DNA of 64,000 nt from Piedraia hortae CBS 480.64 (Eukaryota), in the NCBI GenBank assembly GCA_010093745.1, contig MU005969.1, forward strand, positions 1 through 64,000, read 5' to 3'. Shown here in pieces: positions 47,836 through 59,559 of this stretch. Numbering within the stretch: the first letter of the stretch is position 1; each line of letters begins with the position of its first letter. A program made the translations under genes and the position numbers. Under the pieces are notes generated by a model, which was not told the DNA's origin, did not search any database, and saw only the letters and a list, made by a program, of their open reading frames with translations.

Positions 47836-48246
47836 TTACAATCCATCCACCACCCTGACCAGCACTGCCGTGCCCATAGCTATCCCGAACATACCCAGTA
47901 TTACCCAGGTGTACCTTGACTTATACCAGGCTCTCCTTGGTGCTCCCGCAGAGGCTGGCGGGGGAAGGGTTGCTGTCTCTGACTTGACGGCGGGGAAGAA
48001 ATTGTTTGTTGGTGGGGCGTGTATGAATGTGGCCTCTTGATAGATGGGAAGAGAGGTAGCCGTCGCGGCGGGCAAGCAGTGGACGCTCGGCTTCAGAGGT
48101 GGTTGCTGATTGGAGGGGGACCTTCCGAATTCGTAGCTAGGTGGTGGGTAATTTGCTGAATGAATTGCTTCTGGCCTGGGCGGGAATCCCATCGTAGAGA
48201 AGCTGGGGGTTGGTTTGGGGTAGAATGCTGTGGGTTGCCAAGTCAT
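47836..48246 (-). CDS. Hypothetical Pro-rich protein with a single C-terminal transmembrane helix
   Basis: ATG at 48246. P/S/T-rich body followed by RRAWYKSRYTWVILGMFGIAMGTAVLV. Confidence 0.55.
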   Translation of the reverse strand: MTWQPTAFYPKPTPSFSTMGFPPRPEAIHSANYPPPSYEFGRSPSNQQPPLKPSVHCLPAATATSLPIYQEATFIHAPPTNNFFPAVKSETATLPPPASAGAPRRAWYKSRYTWVILGMFGIAMGTAVLVRVVDGL

Positions 48247-49663
48247 ATGCTCATCAGATAGAGAGAGGGGGAGTGGCGTTTGGGTTGCAGGCAATGATTT
48301 ACAATTTGCGAGAAGTTATGTGAGGGTGAGGCTGGGTTAGTAACTCAAGATGGCAGGAGCACCTGCATGGATGGTCTTAATGCCCAAACGATTATGGGTG
48401 AGTTGGGTGTGCCAGGTGCTGCCGTCTTGCATAAATTGACTGGATTGGAACAGAACTTTTGCTTTTCTGCTTCGAGGGCTTGTAACGGTCCGTACCTAAA
48501 AGGAGGTGTCTGAGGAGTATTGTCCTGAACCGCAGAGATGCTGTGTAAACACTGAACAAAAATCCTTGCTTAAAGATTCGAAGAAATTCCAAACATGACC
48601 AGGCGATAGCCCAAAGCCCAGTGGCCAACTTGCGCGCCTTTGTTTTGCGGCCCCAATGTATAGTTGGAGATTTTCCAGCTGCAAACCTTCTGTCTCTACA
48701 AGGGTTGAAATTTTGGGACTTTTGAGCTTGGGATTCTTAATTGGTGGATAGCAATGAAGGTCAGTTTCTGGTTCTGGCGTTTGAGTTATCTGACATGTTC
48801 ACGCTGGTTCACTCATAAACTTTCAAGGTCGCGGAAGTTTTCCATCGCAACGAAGGCAATTCGCAGCGTGCATTGGGTTTTTTGAATGCACAGTTTCCTG
48901 ATAATTGCGGGGAAAACGAAAATGTCTCTACGTCTCGTTGCCGCGTTTCTGTTTGCTGGCTGGATCGCAACGCGAAACTTTACTTTGTAATGGAGGCTCT
49001 TGCCTACAAATACCCCTAGAAGTTAAACACTGTACGATCAAGGGGCCTTGAGTTTTAACCCTCAAATCGAACAATAGTTCAAGACTCAGTGATTGGTTTC
49101 CGGTGTTTGCTCTTGATAGTTTGACTTTGTAGGTGCTCTTTTTGCCCATCTGCAAGGCTGAACTCTACTATGTGTGCTCAGCTTCCCCATGAATCTTCGA
49201 AACAAAAAGAATCCAGGCGGGGACACCCAAAGTCGATTCGAAGAAAAGTCTAAACTTCATCTGTCACGTCCAAATCAGAGTTCAGTCTGCCAAGAGTCGT
49301 TGCCAACAGAGCTCTGCCTCATCGCGCCCCTATACCTTGGTTTGGTCGCCCAGTTCGCATCACACACAAACATCCTGCCTCGGCCCCTTACTTCATAACC
49401 TCCCAAAAAAAGAATGGTCACACAAACAGCAAGGCGCAACACAAGGTCACACAAAACATCCCCAGACGAAACGCCTCAAATTCTTGGTGTACCAGTGGCA
49501 TGTACGTGACAAATCTAGGCGCATTCCAGTGGTTTTGACAAAAGGAATTGCAATCCCTCCTTCAGCCGGGCCAGCAGTTAGCCAGACCAGCAATCAACCG
49601 GACAAACAGCCTCTCGTTCAGCGGATAAACACACACTTTCCAACCACACACTCTTCTTGAAAC

Positions 49664-50972
49664 ATGTCCCTCATTTCAACCTTCTCAATGCTCCCGGCGA
49701 ACATAACAACTACACTGCAAATCCTTCCTCTATCAATCCACAACTCCGCCTGGGCGACCATATCATTCGCCGGCTCGCCGCGCACATCAGGCGGAGCATC
49801 CATATTAAGCGAAGCGTCCGTCCTACTCACCTCGACGACGATAGAAGGCGGAGGGTTCCCACCCATTCAACCCACGAGGGAACCATCCATACCAATATCC
49901 ATCTCGACAACAATATCAGGCGAAGCATCCCTACCATTCTCAGCCATCGACACCCCGGATGTATCCATCTCAACGACGATTTTAAGCTTATCATCCCACC
50001 CTGCCCCAACAGTCTCCCCAACCTTCCTCCCCTCCCCGGTCCCCCCAAAATGCAACCTCACATCCCCCCACTGCCCCTCCTGCGCTCACGCCTACCTCCC
50101 CCTCGGAACCACCACCTTCGAAATATTATGCGATACCGCCCTAGTAGGCAGAACAATCTCACCGCAGCATTGGTTCTCTCCCCTCGGCTGTGTTCGCGCT
50201 TGCGAAGCGATTGAGGGCTGTCTAGGGGGGATGAGTTCGGGAGGGGGATCTTGTGAATTGATCATTGGGGGGGTTAGCAGGGAGGGGAGGGAGGGGGTTA
50301 TGGGATTCGTTAGGAAGAGTGATGGGGAGGCTGCGCAGGAGGGGAGTGCTACGGTGTCTGCTACGGTGTCGGGAGAATTGGGGACAGTGATCCCAGGCTT
50401 CATCCCCACCGGGACTATAATCCCTGGTTTCGAGCCCGGTCCGGTGCTGGGGACGCCGTCAACATTCGTAACAGCTACATCGTCGAGTCGTTCGGGGATA
50501 CGACACGGACCGCTGCTGCCGGCATCCTCCCCTACACAGCCACCCTCATCCAAAAAGTCATCATCAGGCACACCAAACCTCCAACACCCAGCATCTCCGT
50601 CGTCCAACCGCACATCAACCAAAACCCAACCCCCCTCCTCCAAGCGCCCATCTACCTTGTAGTCAACGACCTCCACAACCCCCCTCTGAACCCAATCTTG
50701 CCCATTCAACTCAACCTTCTGCCCAACCTGCAACCTCTCCACCACCATTCTCCGCTTGAGCACCGCCTCAATAACCTTCACGGTGGCCTGCGCCGCCGAA
50801 CCCGTCTGCAGGAGGTACACCACCGTCCCCTCTCCAAAGGCCACGCGGGGTGAATGTCTCGAGTTCTGCGCGGTGGAAGGGGAGGACTGCGCCGCTGCGG
50901 TGTGGAATAAAGGGAAATGCACCCTTTGTCAGGGGATGGAGGGGAGGGTGGATTTTATGATTGCTGGGGCCG
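49664..50972 (+). pseudogene. Ser/Thr-rich protein with two Cys-rich (PAN/apple-like) modules, interrupted by in-frame stops
   Basis: The ORFs at 49664 and 50756 share a frame, separated by TAG 50660-50662 and TGA 50687-50689. Module 1 begins CNLTSPHCPSC and module 2 begins CPFNSTFCPTC. Confidence 0.55.
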
Positions 50973-51063
50973 NNNNNNNNNNNNNNNNNNNNNNNNNNNN
51001 NNNNNNNNNNNNNNNNNNNNNNNNNNNNNNNNNNNNNNNNNNNNNNNNNNNNNNNNNNNNNNN
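50973..51063. other. Assembly gap
   Basis: Run of N. Confidence 1.
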
Positions 51064-51141
51064 GGCCTGGGAATACATTGTGTCAGGGGTGACTACCACA
51101 TTGTCGGGATTACATTAGATAACTATATTGACATTGTTTAT

Positions 51142-52279
51142 TTATGTGGATGTTTCGAGTTTGGTGGCTTGCAAGCGGTCGTTGCACCATGCGCGTCTGG
51201 CTTCCATGGGACCGTTGACTTCGGTGGGCGTTTCGGTGAGGATGTGGATTACCAACACGGACCAGGTGACTGGACGTTAGCGAGAGATAGGAGGGGGAGG
51301 GGGTTTGATGACTTACCATCGAGAAGACAGCAGATAAAGCACATCCATCCGTGCTGGCCATCTGCGAAGATGAACGCTACGGCTAGGTTGGCGGCCGTTC
51401 CGGCCATCATGACGATTGCACCGGTTATGGTCTTGAGGACGAGGACTTGTAGTTGCTTCGTGTTGCGACCGTTGGTGATGCTTGGGGTAGCGGAAATGCG
51501 CTTCGCACGACGAGTCCAGAATTGGGGCATGCCCGAAAAGAGCAGTGGTTTGAGTAAAACGACAAAGACTGCTGTTAGGGTGATTTCGATAAAAAGGTCG
51601 AAGCCCAAAAGGACCATGGCTCCTTTTTGCGTTACGCCGATGCGGCATTGACCATCGACGTGGCTGACATTCCCGATTGGGGCGAGAAAGGATAACACGG
51701 TGATGATGGTAAGGCCGCAGAAGACGACAGTGACAAAGCCGATCCAAACGGGATCTTCGCGACGACGCTTGAAGTTGCGAACGACGTGGGTCCTCTCGAT
51801 GAGGAAGAACTGCATAGCAAACTTGATGGCCAGGTAAAAGGCGAGACAGGCATACATGATATTGCGGCAGTATGTATTAGTGGCAGGAGCCATGCCCATG
51901 CCGGATACGGTGATGGCGGTTGCAAAAGTGAACGATATGGCCAAGACGTACAGGACCATGGGGATCAAACGCATAAGTCCCTGCGTCTTCCAATACTTGC
52001 GCGAGCAAGCAGAGCGGACGCGAAAGCCTATTGCCGTCAGTGTCTACTGCCATCACATCTGTGTATTTACAAACCAAACAGCATGGAAAGCACCATGAGA
52101 CAGCCAAGCGAGGTGGCGGCAAAGATCATACGTACGGCGACGGCATTGTCATTCCTGCCTTTGGCTGCCTTTTGCCCCACAAAGCCCAGCGGGCGCGAAG
52201 AGACGAGGGGACAAAAGGCCGCAATGCAGACGGCAACCCATCGAGGGCTGCCGGGTAAAATGGGGGCAGCCAAGGACAT
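51142..52279 (-). CDS. Fungal 7-TM (GPCR-like) integral membrane protein; introns 52028-52074 and 51270-51316
   Basis: About 7 hydrophobic segments, FLIER in TM3, a CRIG loop and spliced HGWMCFICCLLDVTWSVLVIH. Start codon uncertain. Confidence 0.75.
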
Positions 52280-52900
52280 AGGGCAAACGAGTGTGGGTGG
52301 GTGTGGGTGTGTGAATGTGACGCTTGATTTTGTGCGTGAAATTAGCGTGTGCGTGGGTGGTGCCGTCGCCGGCCTGTCCCGCATTGATGGTGAAGTTCAT
52401 CAAAGTGGCAGTATGGCGGGACAGCATCCATTTTAGAGAGCTGCCCCTCCATTTCCGTAGTGACATGTTACCAAGCGAAGGTTCTGGGCGTCTTTTCCCG
52501 GGCCATTAGCTGCCCTGGGGGAGCTCAAAGGCGAACATGAGCTGAGACAGCTGGTAGATCGTTGACCTGGTTGAATTAGGTATGTATATTTGAACTGTAG
52601 ACCTCCATCCTAGCGCAATTCAAGTCTTTTGAACGAATCCAACCATTTTTGCTGTCGCATTACATCCAACTGTGCGTCGCAACATGGACGTGAAGTCGAG
52701 CAAAGGAGGGGCTAGATCACATGCGGTCTAATTCCAGCTGCGCTAGTCCGAATCGGACAACACTTCCGACACCGCTTTGGACGTCACACTTCGCCCCACC
52801 TCACATCTCCACACCACACCTCTCCCACGCACAACCACCACCAACCAGCGCCAACCACACCCATTGCAACAACCGCCCAACCACATCCATTTCAACCACC

Positions 52901-53740
52901 ATGCCCAAAGCCGAAGTCGGAAGCGTCAAATACCTCGCGAACAAAATGAAAGCCAAAGGCCTCCAGCGTCTGCGGTGGTACTGTCAAATCTGCGAGAAGC
53001 AGTGTCGGGACGAAAACGGCTTCAAACAGCACACTCTTTCCGAAGGCCACGTCCGCGCCATGCTCGTCGTTGGCGAGAATCCCAACAAAGCAATCTACAA
53101 CTACAGCCGCCAGTTCCAGCGCGACTTCATCCAACTTTTACGCACCGGACACGGCGAGAAGAGAGTCCACCTAAACAACTTCTACCAAGAATATATCCGC
53201 GACAAGGATCATATCCATATGAACGCTACGCGGTGGGCGAGTCTTACGGAGTTCGCGAAGTTTCTTGGGCGAGAGGGTATTTGTCGCGTGCATGAGGGGG
53301 AGAGGGGGTTGGAGATTCAGTGGATTGACGATAGTCCTGAAGCGCTGCGTCGGAGGGAGGATATCAAGCGGAAAGAGAGACAGGCGAAAGGGGAGGAGGA
53401 TGTTGAGTCACGACTCCTGGCGGAGCAGATTCAGAGGGCGAAGGAGGAGGCCGAGAAGTTGGGGAGGACGGAGAGGCAACAACCGGTTGTGATTGAGGAG
53501 GGTGCAGAGCCCGCTCCTGTGAAGTTGAGTTTGAATAAGAGTGTGAAGCCTAAAGAAACGACCGTTCAGGTTAAGAAGCCGGCTAACCCCCTCGCACGGA
53601 AGCCAGCGACGCCTAAAGTGGTCATGCCAGAGCCGCAGAAGAAGATGACTAACGCGGAGCTTATCATGAAGGAGGAAATTGAACGGAAACGACTAGCAGA
53701 GGAGCGGGGGGGAAGGAATAAGAGGGTCAGAATACACTGA
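52901..53740 (+). CDS. RTS2: KIN17/Rts2 zinc-finger DNA/RNA-binding protein
   Basis: KAKGLQRLRWYCQICEKQCRDENGFKQH and HIHMNATRW. Confidence 0.93.
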   Translation: MPKAEVGSVKYLANKMKAKGLQRLRWYCQICEKQCRDENGFKQHTLSEGHVRAMLVVGENPNKAIYNYSRQFQRDFIQLLRTGHGEKRVHLNNFYQEYIRDKDHIHMNATRWASLTEFAKFLGREGICRVHEGERGLEIQWIDDSPEALRRREDIKRKERQAKGEEDVESRLLAEQIQRAKEEAEKLGRTERQQPVVIEEGAEPAPVKLSLNKSVKPKETTVQVKKPANPLARKPATPKVVMPEPQKKMTNAELIMKEEIERKRLAEERGGRNKRVRIH

Positions 53741-53908
53741 GTGGGAATTTGATTCATGAGAATGCACCGAGTGGAGATTTGTTCATGATACCCTGCATGT
53801 AGAAAGAGTCGATTGAATGATGTAGCAAAGTCTTATACGAGAATGCACGTATTATCACAATGTCTATCGCCCTTTTGGCTTGAATGTTAAGGCCGACGGC
53901 GGCTTCTA

Positions 53909-55224
53909 TCATCCAGCAGAAGTGGGTTTATGCATAATCGTGGTCAGAAACTGCAGAGTCAGTATATGTATTTCCAGGTAAGGGGATGACAAACCTTCCG
54001 GTTGATCCTCGTAGTCGCGCTCGTGGCCAGGACACCGTTTTTGATACTGCTGGTAGCCAAGTGATTCAGAACGGTGTGGTTGGGCATGGGAAGCACGCTG
54101 GAATCGTCTTTGTGCGGCGTTGTAGCGTTCAGGATGCTCTTGCCTAGGATGACAGGCAGCGTGGGGGGCGCGGGTAGATGGGCAATGACTTGGCAGGAGC
54201 GGCGATATGCGTAATCGTTGGAATCGTTAAGACCGTGGTCGAGAAGAAAAAGCGGGATTTCAGTGGTATATTTTGCCTTGGGCGGCTTGGGAGAAGCGAA
54301 ATGAACGGCGCTGTGATGCGACATGGCTCGACCATGGCCTGGAGGTCGAACATCGACTGAACTTGCCAGGGGCGTTCCGCTGGAGGATAGACCAGCAGCT
54401 CCTGGGATCGTCATGGGCTGGGCAGGTTGATGTTCTGGCGCCATGACTTCGATATAGTTGACCAGAATATTGGTGTAGTCTACCGTCGTGGGCAAATCAG
54501 CAGACGTAGACATGTCGCCGTCGACGAGGAACATCAGATGATGGGTTCCAGGCTTAAGAGGTAAAGTAGCTGAGAAAGAGCCGCCGTCCGGATCACGGTG
54601 GAGTTTGAATTTACGATCCCACGATACAAACGTACCAGTCACGTAGACTTTGTCAGCATGACCCTTCCAGGTGATGGTGGTGGGCACGGTTGGAGCAGCG
54701 GATTGATTCAGCATTGAATATTCATCCTCGTCCTCCAGAGTGGTTGAACTGAGGATGCTTGTCCTCCGATGCAGGTCGCTTTCCATCTTGATTCCGCCGC
54801 TCAGCGCATCGGGGCTGGGGTCGTTGTCTGCAGGCAGAGACGCGTCTGCAACGGCATCCGCAATGGGAAGTGGCAATCTAGGCGGTCTGTCATAGCGGCC
54901 TGCAGAATTCAAATTGATTGGAGCTTCCTCAGTCACGGCCTTGTCTAGCCCTCCAGGGCGGAGCGGCAGAGCTTTCTGGGGGACGTGCACCGGCTGAGAT
55001 TGGGGAGATATTGCCGACGACGCTGATTTCTCGCGGTCAGACTTGGCTGGGGGGTTGGAAGAGTGGACCGATCCATGGGCGTGTGCGGCTGAAGTGGAAG
55101 ACGATGCCGGAGAAGTCGAAGACAGCAGGTTATGCGCCGGGCCGCGAGAGGCAGAAGTCTTGGGCTGTCTTGATGTCGTAGAGGGCGACTTGCCGTCTTC
55201 GTTTTTGGATTCACTGTTTCCCAT
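53909..55224 (-). CDS. SNF1/AMPK beta subunit (Gal83/Sip2-like); intron 53951-53994
   Basis: Myristoylation-type start MGNSESK, CBM48-like VYVTGTFVSW, PNHTVLNHLATSSIKNGVL and spliced RKFLTTIMHKP. Confidence 0.92.
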
Positions 55225-55396
55225 TCTTGCTGCAGCTGTCCCCTGTATGGCGCATGGCTCTGGGGGTGCAAAACGCAAAAAGTCGTCTCATATACAGAAA
55301 TCCCCGTGGGGCCCCAGAGCTGAGTAAGCCACAGTGGGGCGCGCTAATGCACTGTAATCCGTTTGCGGAAGAGATCGTCGACGACATCATCCTACA

Positions 55397-55984
55397 ATGA
55401 CATACATGAACCAAGAGTTGCATCCGTTTATCCAATCCGTGTCATCGTTCCTCTACAGTTTGGCAATCCTCCTAATCTCTACGACATTGTCTGTTTCGAA
55501 CTACCTGCTTCAACCTGTTAAATTTCTTCTCCAGCCTGCCATCCATCTGAATGCTTTTATTCTGGACTGGCTGTTGACTCCATTCAGATTCCTGGCAAGA
55601 CTCGAAGTATGGCTATCTGCTATGTATCCTGATAAATGCTAATCAAAGCAGACGCTGTACATTTACTTTGCCATCGCATCCATTGTCGGGCTTACAGTAG
55701 GCGTGGCTGGGGCGTACACTCAACGCTTACTTTCACATATCCTGCGCCTCTATCCGTCTCAAGATGTGGAGCCAAAAAGATCGATACAAGACTACAGAAA
55801 GAAAAGGCAGGATGATATCAAACCGCTTATATCTGCCGAGCCATCAGAGATTACACTGTCCTCATCTGCAAAAGCTCTATCAGATGCTGGATATCTGAGC
55901 AGATCGATGGCTAAGAAGCCAAGGGGCAGCAGGAATGCAAGCCTGCTACATCAATGCATCATGGAGGATTCTGATGACGAGTAG
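55397..55984 (+). CDS. Hypothetical small membrane protein; intron 55607-55651
   Basis: Canonical intron gives FLARLETLYIYFAIASIVG. Hydrophobic N-half and an acidic IMEDSDDE end. Confidence 0.7.
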
Positions 55985-56231
55985 GCAGGTAAAAACATGG
56001 ATGTCTTCTGGCGGCCCGTGCCGTCGGCTAATTCCCGGCAGTTTGCGTGGAATCTCCTTTTGCCGTCGCAGCAACGGGCATCGCAGCACAGCAGTGTCCA
56101 ACCTCTCGAAACTTTTGCAAAAGCGTGTCGGATTCCGTGTCGCATACAAATCTGCAATTCCACGTTCCAAAGCCATCTGTTTTGACGCGATAAGCGTTAT
56201 CACGCAGCCGTCGCATCTTCCTGCCTAAGGC

Positions 56232-57767
56232 ATGAGCCAGGCCATGTCGACGAGGGCCAGCAACGCTCGCAACGTGCGCCAACGGAAGCTAAATCCCAAG
56301 CATGGCCTGGCCATTGTTGACGAGAGCGATGTCGAACAAAACGGCGAGGAAGAGTCGCAGCCTCAGACAACAGTCGAAACGGGCGTTGAGAAGGCAGAAG
56401 AGATTGAATTCCATCTGCAAGCCGTCATCAATGCTTCGAAGGCAGCCAAGCAGAGTTATATCCCGACGCCAGATGCCACCAAAGCAAAGGGAATAGACTA
56501 TGACGAGCTTTATCCAAAAGTGTTCAAGCCTCCTGCCAGCAATATTCGCTTCAGCTCGACAGTGGAGGATTGTATGTCCAGTCTGTACTGCGTAGATGAC
56601 GAAGATGTCGCGTTCATAGCAAGACTCAGGAGTGGAAAAGATTTCGAAGGCCACGATCGGCATGACCAGCTCGGTCCCTGTAGCGAAGATGTTTTTGAGG
56701 AAGCCATAAACTTTTTCGAGCAGACCAGCGCTCATTTGCAGCCGTTTGCCAACGTCGACAATGCGCCTATTCTGTCATTTGGCGAAATGGAACAATCGGC
56801 TGCCAACGAGGACGACCTTTCGACGGATGCCTACCGATGGTTGAGTCTCATCTATCCGTACTGGGTGTCCAGGAAAGGCAGTCGACCGCTGATGCCGACC
56901 ATCAAAGCCCGCATGATCGATGGCACCGACATGGACGATGCAGATCCATATGTCTGTTTCCGTCGACGAGAAGTGCGGCAGACGAGAAAGACTCGCGGCC
57001 GAGATGCTCAGGTGGTTGACAAACTCAAGAAATTACGACTAGAGTTCGAACAGGCCAGACAGCTGGTGCAGATGGTTGTGCAGCGTGAAAAGAGCAACAG
57101 TAGCAATCTTGAAGTCAGCAAGAAGCTGTTCAGACAGCGTATGGAGCTGAACAGATTTAAGAGGTGGATGAAATTGACGGCCGAGAACGACGAGGACTTG
57201 CTCGTTGATCAGAGACGTGCTCCTAAGCCGAGACCTAGACCGTCTACCGAACAACACCGCTCATCTACAATCCGTATCCGAACCAGTATCGATCGGCCGT
57301 CGTTGCCATCCGAAACCTTTTCGTTGGAAGAACTCCACGCCGAGACGGAAGCATTGATGAACGCCCAAGTCGAGAATCAGAAGAAACAGCACAAGGCATG
57401 GAACGATGGTTGGATCGACGGGACTATGCGTCCCATCACGCCTCCGTTGGAGAGGGAAGATCCCTTCTCAGGTTGGACGTCTCTGCCGCTGCTGCAATCG
57501 GCGCCCCCGTCGCCTTCGCCAAGCGACGTGGAAATGACTGACGCGGCGGCAGTAGGATACATCCCATTCTACTACCCGACAGAAGAGCCAAGGGTTGAGA
57601 GACCCCAAGTCCGCATGCGTCGCGGTCGGGGTGGGAGGATGTGGCTCCAAGTCCGTCGACAGCGGGATGCTAGTCAGAACGTCGTCTCCGATGCAGATTC
57701 CAGCGATGAGGATGTGGATTATTATAACAAAAACCCTGGCAAGAAAAGGGGATGGCTGGACGTGTGA
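56232..57767 (+). CDS. EPL1: Enhancer of polycomb-like NuA4 subunit
   Basis: VETGVEKAEEIEFHLQ, YIPTP, IRFSSTVEDC, DPYVCFRRREVRQTRKTR, RMRRGRGGR. Confidence 0.93.
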   Translation: MSQAMSTRASNARNVRQRKLNPKHGLAIVDESDVEQNGEEESQPQTTVETGVEKAEEIEFHLQAVINASKAAKQSYIPTPDATKAKGIDYDELYPKVFKPPASNIRFSSTVEDCMSSLYCVDDEDVAFIARLRSGKDFEGHDRHDQLGPCSEDVFEEAINFFEQTSAHLQPFANVDNAPILSFGEMEQSAANEDDLSTDAYRWLSLIYPYWVSRKGSRPLMPTIKARMIDGTDMDDADPYVCFRRREVRQTRKTRGRDAQVVDKLKKLRLEFEQARQLVQMVVQREKSNSSNLEVSKKLFRQRMELNRFKRWMKLTAENDEDLLVDQRRAPKPRPRPSTEQHRSSTIRIRTSIDRPSLPSETFSLEELHAETEALMNAQVENQKKQHKAWNDGWIDGTMRPITPPLEREDPFSGWTSLPLLQSAPPSPSPSDVEMTDAAAVGYIPFYYPTEEPRVERPQVRMRRGRGGRMWLQVRRQRDASQNVVSDADSSDEDVDYYNKNPGKKRGWLDV

Positions 57768-57844
57768 ATTCGTCTGCATGGGAAGTTATTCTCTTTGTAA
57801 ATGATCGGACTTGTACTGCAATCAGTTCCTCTGCTTTACTGTAA

Positions 57845-59386
57845 TCACTTCTTCTGCTTTTTCTTCTTTTCTCTCGAAGGAGGATTGTTTTTCCTCTTCT
57901 CACCCGGAGGGGGATCATCTCTCCCCATCCTATCAAGTTCCTCTTTAACCTCCTCGAGCAAACTAACCTCCCCCTCGATAACCATCCTCGCCATGTCGTA
58001 GCGTCTATTCCCCTTCCATTTGTCCTCTACATCCAGAAGGTGCTGGAGGGGATACATTCCCAGCCGCTCAGTCACAACCCTCCTTAACAACCTCACCCCC
58101 TCCCCCGACAGGGGAGCAGGTTTAGGCAACCTCCCCTTCCTCCTGAACCTCTCAAGCTCCCCCTGCGAAAGCGCAAGAGTGTTAACCAGCACGCCCAAGT
58201 CATCACTCACCATCCCCTCTTCACTGTCCGGTCGGTAGAGGAGAAACCCCTCCTCGAGGATGTCCTGCCCCTCAAGAAATCCCACCCTCCCCTCCACCTC
58301 CCACTCGGGGAGATCTACATTCTTGGTGATGAGGTCGAGAGATACCTCGACGACGTCGAAAGGTCGATACTGCGGTGTTGTATATCCATACCTCCTCAAC
58401 ACCTCTGAGGTCGGCATCGCGCCGTAGTCGTTTAGGATTTCGTCCCCCGCGACGATGGGCGCGGTGGAGCGCATTACGAGTTTTTTGGATTCGGAGAAGA
58501 GCCGTGCGTTTGGCGAGGCGTCGGAGTTGAGGAGGTCGGCTAGGGGGATGATGGCCTTGAGGGTGTTTTGCTCTTCTTCGCCCGACGACAACGACGACGA
58601 CGAAGACGAGGGGGAGGAGGAGGAGGGGCCGGGATCGGCTTGCTCACCCTCCTTGTCCCCCTCATCGTCAGAGTGGATGGAGTCGTTCCCCTCATCATCC
58701 CCGGAAGAGGGTGAAGTAGAGAAAGGCAAATCAAACGCATAAGCCATAATCAAACTCCCCGCCCAATGACACCTCCCCATCACCTCCCCCTCACCGGCAC
58801 CCTCACACCCAAAAACCCCCTCATTCCCCCTAATCACAGGAAGAATTTCCCGGCGGAACGTCTCGTCCGCATCCCCCCTCCCAATCTTCCCCACAATCGC
58901 CGACCCAGCTAGCAGTTCGAGCTCGTCGGCTGACCAGAAGATCAATGTATCGAACTCTCGCGGCAGGAGGGAGAGATACCCTCCCCATCTCCCTGAGGAG
59001 TGGGAGATTTCGTAGAGGAGGGTTAGGATGAGGCCTATCCAAGGGGTGGTATTTCTGAGGAGGGGCTTGGGGATACTGCTTGTGAGGGGGGAGAGGATTG
59101 ATGAGTGTGGGATGGTGAAGAGATCGGTGTTTGGCTCGATGGAGCGGGTGGTTAGGAGGCTGATTCCGCGGTTGGGGAGGGAGGTTAGGTGTAAATAAGG
59201 GGGGAGGGTGATGTTAAGGGTGGAGAGGGTTGTGAGGAGGAGGCTTATATGGATATTCTTGGGGGATTGGATGTTGTCGGGGGAGGGTTGAGTATTCACG
59301 ATGGATAGGTTTTTCTCTACTGTTAGGTCGTTCTTGGATGTTTGGCTATTCTCGGTATTTTCTGATATCGTGGGTTTCGTAGACAT
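57845..59386 (-). CDS. SET-domain protein lysine methyltransferase (Rkm4/SETD6-like)
   Basis: WGGYLSLLP, SLIMAYAFD, IPLADLLN, EILNDYG...LRRYGY. Confidence 0.85.
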   Translation of the reverse strand: MSTKPTISENTENSQTSKNDLTVEKNLSIVNTQPSPDNIQSPKNIHISLLLTTLSTLNITLPPYLHLTSLPNRGISLLTTRSIEPNTDLFTIPHSSILSPLTSSIPKPLLRNTTPWIGLILTLLYEISHSSGRWGGYLSLLPREFDTLIFWSADELELLAGSAIVGKIGRGDADETFRREILPVIRGNEGVFGCEGAGEGEVMGRCHWAGSLIMAYAFDLPFSTSPSSGDDEGNDSIHSDDEGDKEGEQADPGPSSSSPSSSSSSLSSGEEEQNTLKAIIPLADLLNSDASPNARLFSESKKLVMRSTAPIVAGDEILNDYGAMPTSEVLRRYGYTTPQYRPFDVVEVSLDLITKNVDLPEWEVEGRVGFLEGQDILEEGFLLYRPDSEEGMVSDDLGVLVNTLALSQGELERFRRKGRLPKPAPLSGEGVRLLRRVVTERLGMYPLQHLLDVEDKWKGNRRYDMARMVIEGEVSLLEEVKEELDRMGRDDPPPGEKRKNNPPSREKKKKQKK

Positions 59387-59414
59387 TGCGAGTTCTTCAA
59401 ACTTTGATTCCTTT

Positions 59415-59446
<32 letters not shown>

Positions 59447-59559
59447 AAAGTGGGATAGCTAAGTATTGTGGACACCAAGCAAAATATTTCGTGCTCCGAG
59501 TACGGAGAGTGCGGAATTGCCCCGCCCACCTCAACTCCCTCCCACTCCACGGGCAAAAC

